Origin: Chrysomallon squamiferum
Taxonomy: Eukaryota; Animalia; Mollusca
Assembly (NCBI GenBank): GCA_012295275.1
Contig: CM022679.1
Coordinates: 28,582,001-28,646,000, forward strand
Direction of reading: 5' to 3'
Length of the DNA: 64,000 nucleotides
Positions 24,601 to 35,519 of this stretch are shown piece after piece (the first letter of the stretch is position 1; each line of letters begins with the position of its first letter). The notes beneath the pieces were generated by a model, which saw nothing but the letters and a program-made list of their open reading frames with translations, had not been told where the DNA came from and ran no database searches. The translations under genes and the position numbers were made by a program.

Positions 24601-27600
24601 TTTGTGTTTCTGTCACACTGCAGTCTTTTACTGGATCAGTTTTAGATGATGTTTCATGTGTTTTTTTGGCTACAGAAATTCTACTGGAGTAGTCTTTTAA
24701 AGATATTTTCTTCTTTCCTGGTCTAACGGACTGCGGAGGACTAGGATCTAAGTTTTCAGTGTTACTAGAATCTGTTCTATCTTCAGATTCTTCTGTTTTA
24801 GCTGTCACTTGTTTATCCAAAGCACACAAAGCTGATTGTTTGTTTTCACTTAAAGCTTCAATACTTTCATTGAGATCTTTGATATCTGCCTCACTGCTTA
24901 GTCCAGGAACATCAGGTATCTTCTCCTTAAGTTTTGGTTCTTGTACACCTGATGTTTGAGAATCTGCTCTCTGACCTAGAGAAATGTTACTGTGAGATGC
25001 ATAAGCATCAGAAACAACCAGTCCAGAGTTAAACCCTGTCTCAGTAAATGTCTGCTGTTGTTGTTGCTGTTTCTGACTGTGTTCTACTGCTTTACTCCAC
25101 AGTACATTAACTGTCCTGATCATTGTCTGGATTTCTGGACTTAAAATCCTTGCCTCTGTTTCTAGGTTTGAATCTCCTTCAGCTGGAATCCTACTCAGTT
25201 CCTGAATCTGCTGGCTTGTGATGATTCCTCGCCTGGCTGGTATGTGTGCAGTGTCTCTCCACACTGGAGGCATCACCCCAGCAGTCATAGGCATCCCAGG
25301 AATGGGTGGACGAGGAAATATAAAATGTGGATAAGGGATGGGCAAGCCAGTTACAATGTTTTGTTCATCGCTGTTCTCTCGTCTGGGAGTCTCTGAACTC
25401 ATTCTTCTCATGTCAACTCCAGCAGTGACTTCAGAATCAGCTCTCTGATTCCCATCTGCAGAAACACTTTTCCTTGCCACTCTTGAACTCCATGTAGGAA
25501 GGGAAGTAACTTCAGCTTCAGTTCGCCAAGACTCTCCGAATCTGTCGTAGGAAGATCGAGGTCTTGATGTAGATTTAAGTCCTGAAAGATTTTTCTTTAA
25601 GTCCACCAAGGCATAAGGTAAACAATGGCGTGGTCGGTCTGAGGGCAAAGCTTCATCAGTGTACTCAAACAGATAAATCTTAAAACAAAATAAAAAAATT
25701 ATACTTAGTATATAAAACACACCTCAGTTTTGGTGATTATGTTATATAAAACAATGCTCATAAAAAATTATTATTATTAATGTCCAAAAACTTTAGCCCT
25801 TTTTTGTTTATTTTTTAATTTTGGGCAAAAATAAAACAGAAATAAACAGATACTGGGATACAGAGATAGAGGCAAAAAAAAAAACACACAAAACAACAGT
25901 AACAGAGACAAAGAGAGAAACATAATTTACTAATAAAAGTATATAGTTTCCTGATATTTAGAAATAATATAGTTTACTGATTCTTAGAAATAATATATAC
26001 TTTACTGATATTTATAAAAGGTATGATTTACTGATATTTGTAAAAGATATAATTTAGTGATATTTATAAAAGGTCTAGTTTACTGATATTTTGATAAAAC
26101 ATGATTTACTATAGTTGTAAAAGATATAGTTTAATGATATTTATAAAAGGTATAATTTACTGATATTTGTAAAAGATATAGTTTAGTGATATTTAGAAAA
26201 GATATATATTTACCTGTGATCGAAGTATCTGTGTGGTAGGTGTGTCACTGGGTTGGGCAGGTATGGCTGAAATGTGGGAGTCAAAGTTGGGAGTAGGTTC
26301 AACCTTGCAGTCTTGACTTGCAACTGGCATTGCTTTACACCGGCCAAGTGTCACCTGAAATATATCTTTTAACTTGATAAAGTCTTAAAACACACACAAA
26401 AAAATATATATATAAAGCAATAAACAAAATAACTAACTGGTCAGATCTTATCCTAGTTCCATTTATTTATTTATTTAAAAAAGTGTATTTGATCTGGACA
26501 TACAAGTAATAAAAAAATGTAAACATGTTTTTAACACAGATTTAGCTATACAAGCTGTTAAGGACAGAAGAGAAGAAACTGACTGGACACACTATTTAGA
26601 AACTACAGAATCAGATTTTTGAAAAGATTCAGATAGGATTCAGATAGGATCCTGATGAGAAAGAAAGAAATTACTGTTTTCCAAGCTAATTTACTCTTTT
26701 AATGAAAAAGTATATAAGTCTCTGGTTTGTGCTGCCCTGTCAACACTGACCTTGAAAACACAGATACAAGTTTTTGCTTCATCGCGACCATCAGCAACTC
26801 GGAGTTGTACATCAGGGTGTCGACAGATGTAGACTCCAGACTTGCCATCACCTGTAAGAAAACATTTATCTCTGATTGGTTAAATGTTTCAAACTGTCTG
26901 TTGATTGGTCCAAACATTTCTTGCCAGATTATTTTATACTTTAAAACTTCATATAACATAATATCAAAATCATATTTCATACATCTTTGTATAAAAGAAC
27001 ATCAGCAATTATCTTCTTTTTTGGAAAAAAAATTTAATCTTTCATTGTGAGGAGTGTTTGGACTTGGTGTTTTTGTTTCTTACTGGTGTGAAGAACACAC
27101 TCAGGCTCTGCTGTTTATCTAAAACAAACAACAACTGCAGGTGTCTTCTTCAGAACTGACAGCAATGTAATGACATTATCCTACTTAGATTCACAATGAC
27201 TAGCTTCTGTATTGATAGAAAACAACTAGATATTCTTATTTATTTATTCAGTGTTCTTAAACAAACAAAAATTAACAATAAAAAAAAATAAAAAAAATGA
27301 ATAAAAAAATAATAATAATAATAATAAAAAAATAAAAATAAAAAAATAAAAAATAAAAAAAATAAAAAAAATAAATAAATAAATAAACCAAATGGAAAAT
27401 AAATACATCTACTTTAAAACATTTGAATTACTGGCTTCATAAGGTATGTGAAATGTTTACTTTATTATGATTTTGTTATTACTCTTCTTCTTTTCTATTG
27501 ATTTTTTTTCTTTGAAAGTACTTCCTCTATGATAATAATAAAAAAAAAAAAATTAAAAAAAATTGTCAATTAAAAAATAAAATAAAACAAATAAACAAAT

Positions 27601-28764
27601 AAAATAAAATCAAAATAGTAGAGAAAAAAAAACCCACTTAATAATAACAATAACGTTTCATGTTTTAGTTCTGCTCAATTTATGAATGCAGTATTGAGTA
27701 ATCTCCCCTATCATCTCCATCAGGAAATTCACACAAGATGGCTCTGTTTTATGTAAATACCTGAGATACATTGTTAAGAGATATCCGTTGTCAGTGTCCT
27801 AAATTTCTACAGAGCACCAGTTATTCAATGAGAACGACTGACAGCAAAGTACAAACTACACTCAGTATCAGTGACTGGAAACATACTGGTTTATTTACAG
27901 ATAACTGAGGGTTGTTTGTGGTTACAGCTGTTGAACTTGGGAGTTACTCTGACCTCATTACACAGAACACAGTGTTTATAGTGTACTGCAGCTAACCACA
28001 ACTAGTGAGTAATCACTGTGAATAGTAATTACACATTTCTATGTACATTGTCTGTTTTTATACAAACATGTTAAAATTCATGACGATTATTTTATTATGA
28101 TAAGCTCTTTCTGTGTTATAAATCTGTTTAAGTTATTATAACATACATCATGTTGCAGGTATCATTGTTATAATGTATGAATTTGTGGTGTGTTATATAT
28201 AATAAGTATATATATTATTAGTGTGCCTATGCACATGCAAGAATGTATATTTTGTGATGTATGTACATCTGTATTTATGTGTGTGTATTTGTATTGTGTA
28301 TGTATATATGTCTGCATGTTACTGTGTGAATATACATCATTGTATACATACAATATATGTGTGTATGGTGTGCATTATCTCAGTAGTAACATTTAGTGTT
28401 AACTTTTCAGAGATGTGATGAAGTCTGAGACTAACAAACACTAGTCACAATGGCCGACTGTGACTGTGCTGGTTGTGACAACTGCTGTGATTGTGACAAC
28501 TGCTGTGACTGTGACAACTGCTGTGACTCCAGTGATAAGCCACTGACCTGTATGCTGTGTTGTGGTATGTGTTTCTCTAGTACCGGTGTCAGTGCTGCTG
28601 AAGATGTAGATGCTGCTTGTAGCAAACAGAAATTGAAAGATGGACCAGCCGGTGTGATAAAAGAGACAGACATTCTGCCTGTGTTACAGCAACCCAGTCC
28701 AACACACAACCCCATCACACCATCCACTTAGTGTTAGATAACACCACAGTGCAAAGACGTGGCT

Positions 28765-28800
<36 letters not shown>

Positions 28801-29371
28801 ACACAGAGACACACACACACACACAGACACCCACACACCTCGCAAAGTATTTGTATAACAAAGAAAAGTGTCTGACAGACTACAACTCAGAATTCTGCTT
28901 GTATAAACTTTACTGTGTGCATTGTAAACTTTCCTGCAAATAGTCAGATATACCTCCAAGTTCAAAATGTTTTTACAAATCAAGCTAACAAAATGTGAAG
29001 ATGGTTAAAAAAACAAAAACAATAATAATAACAGTACAAATAATAAATAAAAATTAAAAAAGAAACAGCTAGAGATTTTAGGAAGCAAGTATAATTTTCA
29101 AAGCTAATGTTTTAGAACTAACTAAACATTTCACATATAATCCTTTAATTTTTTTTTTTTTTGGAATATAACCATATAAACTTACATATTTTTATAATGT
29201 ACATTAAATGTAAATTAATTTATCTGTAAGCATCAATCTCTCTGTATTTACTAAGTTATTTTTCTTAAATCTAAGTCTTTATTTTTGTATACACACACAC
29301 ACATAAAATCTGATAATGCTAAAACGTATATTTGGATTCATTATTATTATTCCCTTCACAGTCTAATGAAG

Positions 29372-29433
<62 letters not shown>

Positions 29434-31904
29434 CATTATAAATAAATAACATATCTATTTGAGATGTGTTTGTCAAACAAAATAATGAAAAGCATAATGA
29501 TGAGTATTTGCTATAGAAGGTAATGTCTTTATAACTGAAATGAAATTACCATCATCATTGTCATTAGCAATATTGTTATTATTATTATTATTATTATTAT
29601 CATTATTATCTTCATCATCATCTTCATCATTATTATTATTGTTATTATTATTACTGCATATAGTTTAATCTGTAGTTTCAAAACCAAAACACCACTGTCC
29701 ACTACCAACATGATAATGATAAAAACTGGTCTGGGCTTGTATGTAGTTTGTTTTCTTCATTTGCATTGTCCAGACATCTACCTAGTCATGAAGTCTAAAA
29801 AGTGTATATGGATGATGTTGCCCCTTTTTGTTTTAATTTATAGTAGTGCTAAGTTTTGTTAAATTTAATTTTACAGCTGTTAAAGATACATATCCAATAT
29901 ATTTATGTATTCATGAATAAAGCAATTTTTTCTCCTGATTGTATGATTATTATTATTTTTATTGTTATTATTACTACTATTACTACTACTACTACTACTC
30001 TATTACTACTGCTATTACTAGTACTACTGTTATTATTGTCATGATTGGTATTAATATTATTAGTAAAGAAGTTGATTCAAAAAGTTACTTGAAGATATGA
30101 ATGACTTGAACAAATTTCAAGAAGGAAACTGATAGCACTCACAGGACTTCAACCTTCCCATGAACGGAAAATAAATAAACTAGATTGATCAATGAACGAA
30201 TTAATACAACAACTAGTGACATCAAAAATAATAAACAAACAAATAAATAAATAAACAGAATTAAAAAAATAAAAATAAATAAAGCACCAATTCATATATT
30301 TTCATAGAACTTTGCACTTACTTTGTGAGTCAAACTGTTTTCTGTTTTTATTTATTTACTTACTTACTTACTATTATTTATTCTTTATGTTTTTTTTGGG
30401 GGGGTTGGCCTTTTTCTTTTCAAATGCAAGATATTTTTGGTGTCATTCTTACCATTGAAGATTTTTTTAAATGATTAATTATAATCATTAAAATATTCAA
30501 AAATGCTTGAGAAACCAATAAAATCATCATGAGAAAGAAATAAACAACAACAACAACAAATAAATAAATAAAAATAAAGAATAAAATTAACTATTTAGAG
30601 AGAAAAAGGAGAGAAAAAAGAGGAGGTGTAAAACGTGTTCTCACCTAGAGGGCTGATATTTAATGGCCGAGTCTTCAAGCCATTTTTGATAACTTTGCTG
30701 ACCACCTGGCGGTCAGACCGGAAAGTCAGAAAACAAAACTGTTCACTGAGCTCCCGAGTGTGTCGGCCATCTTCTTTCAGTTCCTGACGCTTCTTCCTGA
30801 AGTAAACACAGTTCCACGTGACAAAACCAGGTTCATTTTCTATCTTAAAACATTATACATCAAACACAAACATGTATACACATACATCCACACATACACT
30901 TTACATACAGAGAAACATACATACATTTTTAACACATATATGGACAGACTTACAGACACATATGCACATACACACATACATACATATACAATACACATCC
31001 AAAAACATTAGACACAGAGACAGACATACATACCAACCAAAAAATATACATACATATGTACACAAACTGAAAAATGCAAATGCATACACACTCTTTTCCT
31101 ACAAAAAATATATCATATAGCTATCTGGACATAAGCTGCTGACAGACAGGAAGTATCACTGGGTAGCAGTCCACACATTTCTCACCTGTAGCTACTTTCC
31201 AGTTCTGGATTGTCCACTATCTGCACTGAGGTGACCTCCCACTGACCCTTGTAGGTGTGGTCAAGATAGGACTGGTCAATGACCTGCAGAATGTCCACAG
31301 CATCTCTGCTAGTGATGCTGACATTTCTTAAGTTATCTGCAAACATCAATAATAACAGTAATAATAATTTTAATACATATTAATAAAATAGATGCAACAA
31401 TATGTTAAAAACAACAACAAGAACAATAATAATGTTTTAATAAATTGTATAATCAGAGGCATACACTGATATATACACTTTTGATGTGCACTGCGACTGA
31501 AATAACACATCACACATTTGTCTGTGAATTACAATCAGCAGTATCTGTTTTGTCTGTGTTCATCTTTCCAACAAGAAACAGTCAATATTTATATATCAGT
31601 AAACATTTGTGAACCTCACATCAGTTCTGTTTTTATGTATTCATATTTTACCCAAACATTCAAATGAGTGTGTACATGCAGTGTTTTCTAGTCCATGTGT
31701 GTTTACATTAGCATGAGTGAATATTGATCATTTTACCACTGACTTCATATTATGCATAAAAATCATCTGTGCCAGAAAATTTTTGTATTTTTGTTGGTGG
31801 TTTTTTGTTTTGTAATTTATCGTGTAAAACTCACCTTTAGAAACTTTTTTCTTGATTTTTGGAATGTTAAAATTCAGCTGTGTTGTTGCACTGGCATCAT
31901 ACAT
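12617..31904 (-). CDS. Giant (~4090 aa) TASOR/TEX15-family protein: N-terminal DUF3715 pseudo-PARP domain, very long low-complexity region with tandem repeats, helical C-terminal domain
   Basis: Exons in transcription order: 31904-31835, 31336-31186, 30796-30645, 26851-26751, 26354-26214, 25678-23367, 22683-22401, 22231-19463, 19166-12897, 12640-12617. All GT-AG, phases consistent, 12273 nt. N-terminus reads NFNIPKIKKK..QSYLD..VDNPELESSYRKKRQELKEDGRHTRELSEQFCFL..KNGL..SPLGDGKSGVYICRHPDV..CVFKVTLGRCK..EPTPNFDSHIS..SQIYLFEY..RPRHCLPYALV, which aligns motif by motif with TASOR/TEX15 DUF3715 as I recall it. Start codon and last exon are less certain. Confidence 0.85.
12897..19166 (-). CDS. 6270-nt internal coding exon of the DUF3715 gene
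   Basis: Acceptor tttcag|GCA at 19166 is in frame with the 2094-aa ORF. Donor TTG|gtaagt at 12897/12896. Phase 0 at both ends. Confidence 0.88.
16090..16390 (-). repeat. Coding 30-bp repeat, 10 aa (SHQKTSV[S/C]TE) x ~10
   Basis: Visible in DNA and in the ORF translation. Confidence 0.95.
17340..18960 (-). repeat. Coding 54-bp repeat, 18 aa (DDSISKQSFGDTQSIPGL) x ~30
   Basis: Visible in DNA and in the ORF translation. Confidence 0.95.
19463..22231 (-). CDS. 2769-nt internal coding exon of the DUF3715 gene
   Basis: Acceptor tttcag|AAT at 22231, donor ACG|gtgagt at 19463. Corresponds to the 929-aa ORF. Confidence 0.88.
20490..20840 (-). repeat. Coding 45-bp repeat, 15 aa (IDENDSSNDFKQNKV) x ~8
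   Basis: Visible in DNA and in the ORF translation. Confidence 0.93.
21010..21520 (-). repeat. Coding 39-bp repeat, 13 aa (TEDTQSSIEEAKI) x ~13
   Basis: Visible in DNA and in the ORF translation. Confidence 0.95.
23367..25678 (-). CDS. 2312-nt coding exon of the DUF3715 gene (end of pseudo-PARP domain plus Q/S/P-rich region)
   Basis: Acceptor ttttaag|ATT at 25678. Donor AG|gtgaac is phase 2 and joins exon 22683-22401 in frame. Corresponds to the 785-aa ORF. Confidence 0.88.
25925..26213. repeat. ~26-bp intronic minisatellite (tttactgatatttataaaaggtatga) abutting a donor site
   Basis: About 11 degenerate copies ending at the 26213 donor. Confidence 0.85.
28450..28731 (+). CDS. Candidate nested antisense gene: 93-aa Cys/Asp-rich microprotein inside an intron of the DUF3715 gene
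   Basis: ATG in good context (acaATGG). Upstream acceptor aacttttcag| at 28410 and donor ACTA|gtgagt at 28005 suggest a non-coding first exon. 16 Cys, (CDNCCD)x3. GC-richer than the flanking intron. AATAAA near 29042. Confidence 0.5.
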   Translation: MADCDCAGCDNCCDCDNCCDCDNCCDSSDKPLTCMLCCGMCFSSTGVSAAEDVDAACSKQKLKDGPAGVIKETDILPVLQQPSPTHNPITPST

Positions 31905-32537
31905 GTTTATGTCAGCATTCTGAAACACAAAATTATGAAAATATACTTTCACAACACTAACTAATTAACAGTTTCAAATAATAAATAAATAAATAAATAA
32001 ATATATAAAATTAAAAAATTAAAAATTAAAATGTGGGTTGTCTTGAATGCTGATTTCTGTGTATCCTTCTTTTCTATGGGCCAATTTCTCTGTACTGTGA
32101 TATTGTATTTTGTTTCTTGTTCCATAAATGACGTGACATGTGCTGTGCTGTATGTATTTATGTATATGTGCATATGAAGCAAACTAATAAGTTCTGCATC
32201 CTAATGTACTGAAATAATTTTGAAATTCTTAATCATTTTATATCACTGATTCTTAACTTGATATACATCAATATATTTCAGTACTCTGTAACTATTTATA
32301 GAGTGACTGAAAACTGGAATAATTCATGTGTGCATTTTTTACAACACATGTATCAGATAGGTACCATTGCTGTACACTGTGGTTGTAGATATCCATCAAA
32401 GTACTGCATGGGCTAAAATGTCATAGGATATATAGCGAGATTAATCTTTATCTATTTATGATATATTAAGAGTTGAAATATAATTTAATAAATTTTCACG
32501 TCACTAGATTTGATCCTTTATACAAAATGTTAATTAG

Positions 32538-32579
<42 letters not shown>

Positions 32580-32654
32580 TATATATCATGGTTTATTTTC
32601 ATACATGTTAAAGTAACACAGGTTACTAAGAGACTTGTTAAAACAGGCTGTTGC

Positions 32655-32790
32655 TGGGTGTCTAGCAACCATCTCTAGTACAACCAGTCCAGGATCAATC
32701 ACATTTAATACATGATATCTACTATGCTATTTCCCATTCCAGTGGGTTTTCTCATCAAGTGCTTATGGGAGTGCTTTTCATTTTTAAAAA
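32655..32790 (+). mobile_element. Decayed SINE relic related to 10490-10625
   Basis: Shares ggatcaatc and ctatttcccattccag with the 10.5-kb copy. Confidence 0.35.
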
Positions 32791-33623
32791 CAAAATGTCC
32801 TATACATGATACAAATTAGCCAAGTTTTTGTTTTGAAATATCTGGAATGTAAAAATTAAAATGTTAGCGGGTAAAGCAGTTTTAGAGTCAGCCATTTAGC
32901 TGAACTAAATGTATTTTATTTGTAGCTGCACTTAATGACTTCATAATAAACAGCATCTATGTTATTCAAATGTTTTATTTCTTGCTAAAATAAACCTTAG
33001 ATCATTATGTGTTTTATATCTGTGCTTTTTGAAATACTTTCAGTAACAGTTTCATTTGTTTATTCCACTACCCCTACTGTTTTTTATACACAGTTCACAG
33101 ATATCCTTAACACCACATTACATTAATATATTAATCTCCTGAAAGTATTTTGTTGTTTCTAGCCATGTGTATATACATACATATATATATATATCTTTAC
33201 ATGTGTATGTGTGTGTGTGTGTGTGTGTGTTCAAGGAACTGACTAGGGAAACATTCCTGTGTATTGTTTGACAGTTGTCTAGAGAAATGATTGTACACCA
33301 GCATTTCCACAAATGCATTCATGCAGACACTCACACAGATATCTATACCTATTCACATAAATCCTTTATTGACACAGAATGTGTAAAATATTCCTATCTC
33401 CTAATCTGTACAGACCACATTACAACACACATTACACACACAATGTTTTTTTTTTCAAATCTGCTCTGTAGAAGGATTATCTTTTTAAAAAATTAAAATT
33501 AAAAAAAAAGGAAGAAAGAAACTATTTAATATTAACCAGACATGACTGAAAAAATGCGAAAATGTGTTTATTATTATATATATATATATATTTTTTATTT
33601 ATTTATCATCATTATCATCACTG

Positions 33624-33685
<62 letters not shown>

Positions 33686-35230
33686 TTATTACTATTATTA
33701 TAATGTTTATTTTATTAGTTTAATATTTTCAGCATGAACTGCCAACCGCCAAGCTGTGTGAACACATTTTATAACAACCAAACTAACAAGAACAACAACA
33801 TTAGCAACAGTAATAGTAATAAAATAAATAACAGTAATAAATAAATAAATAAATAAATAAATAAATATATTCCATTTGGCTTTCTGGAATACAAACAAAT
33901 AACAACAAAAAACAAAACAAAACAAACAACTAAAATAAAATAAAATGAAAAACAAAAATTATCAACGAATTAAAAAAATAAAAATATATTAAAAAAAATT
34001 ATATATGTATTAATTACAATGAAAATTGTTATTGATAAATCTCTAGTACTGCTAACAATACAACACTCCCATCAATGTACACAACTGTAATGTTGTTATA
34101 TACAATCAATGACAATTAATCTGTTTTTTGCTAAACTGATAGCAATGATAAAAATATTAACAACCACAGTTAAAGATGAGTGATTCTGTTAACAGCAAGG
34201 CATGTTCTGTATGCATCTTGCTACAGAGAGTCTTTGATTAACAAGTTGTATAGGGCTGTTTGGATTGTGAAAATGCCCATGGTGGTGCCATCAAGGACTG
34301 ATTCTGTTTACAACCAAGTTACAACCTACCTCCACAGAAAACCAGTGCTGAAAGATTTTCTATTTTGAGATTAGTTTTAACTGTTGAACTTTAGTTCAAA
34401 TGTCTCAGAAAAACACACATCATTCAAATTAGCTAGTGTAAGACTTCTTTGGAAACTTAACAACCTGTGCTACACACACACAAAAAAATGTTACTGTTCA
34501 TCAGTTTGCAAAACATCTGTTCTCTTTGTCCACCACTTCCTACCAGTCAGTATTTTAATACTTGTTATTCAAGTAACTATTGAACTCTGTGAACTACTGT
34601 TAGGAATTATTTTACACTGGTCAATTTAATAACACACTGAATAATTATACTATGGAAATGATGACGTCTTTTTATTTTTGATGGTTGTCTCCGACAGGAA
34701 TCTGTATTAGTAGAATAGACCAGAGAGTGTTTTCCCCATAATTTTCCCCATGATATAACCCAATTATGAAGAGCTGGACTATTTTCTCCCAGCTTTGACA
34801 AAGTGCTCTGTATGAGTGACGGCACTGTTTTGACGTATCATCTTACTGAGCTGATTCAATCTTTTATCTTGATAAAACTTTCTTGGTGCAAATCATTGAG
34901 GCAAACAAGTGTACATTACATGTATGACAAAAGTAACTGATATCACCAGCATATACTTAGATATAGACAGGTATGTAGATACACATATATCTGTGCATAA
35001 GCCAGTGTACAACAATCTGTGTCAGTCAGTCAGTGAGAAGTGGCAGTAGTTTAATCTGAACCACTGTTCACACAAGAAAAATACTGAATTTCATTCTTTC
35101 ACATGAATCTCTCTGTGTGATAAAAAATATGGTATAAAGATTTAAAACAAAGCTGGATTGAAGTTGTTTTGCACAAATTACTAAAACTAGACAGCATGGT
35201 TACTCAAATATATGCATGAATACATTTATA

Positions 35231-35519
35231 CAAGTTAGAGGTGGTTGACCTGCATTTTGGGGCCCAGATGCTTCAGATGTTTATGGGGTCCCTCTGCAAT
35301 AAGCAAAGGAGTCAGGCTAACCAGTTTCTTCTTCAGTGGCCTGATTGATGACAGATCATGACCAATTTTCTTTTTCAAATTTAACCATGGCACTTCTCTG
35401 ATTTGGATTAAAATGTTGAAACAATGCAGACTAAAGTTATTTCTGGGATCCCTCAGGGATTAAGGGCCTTGAAGCTTAAGCTTCGTTAATTTCATAACAA
35501 ATCTGCTCCTCCAAGTTAG
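35231..35519. mobile_element. Non-autonomous hAT-like MITE (~270 bp) with 8-bp target-site duplication
   Basis: Direct repeat CAAGTTAG at 35231-35238 and 35512-35519 flanks a GC-richer insert. The ends (gaggtggttga.. / ..aatctgctcctc) look like CpG-decayed GGGGCGGATT-type inverted termini. Contains GGGCCC and GAAGCTTAAGCTTC subterminal palindromes. Confidence 0.6.

Larger units (their letters stand above)
25590..31904 (-). other. DUF3715 / pseudo-PARP domain coding region (five small exons plus the start of the 2.3-kb exon)
   Basis: Spliced translation matches recalled human TASOR motifs: EKRRELK.DGR..KELSESYAFL, LGSPSMGVYLSRYAD, DPTPKHECH, TQYYFYEY, RPRHVCPYAVV. Confidence 0.9.

Noticed and set aside
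26699-26980. 93-aa ORF MKYDFD..
   Set aside because: Wrong frame. The real exon 26851-26751 reads GDGKSGVYICRHPDV..
28431-28727. Minus-strand 98-aa ORF as a cassette exon of the DUF3715 gene
   Set aside because: The flanking exons already join in phase to give a continuous domain (SPLG|DGKSGVY), and the ORF ends in a stop. The plus-strand reading has better signals.
34150-34960. Complex, GC-richer intronic stretch that might be a transposase relic or extra exon (similar stretch at 37170-37700)
   Set aside because: No long ORF, no recognisable DDE/RT motif, and no TIR/TSD that I could identify.
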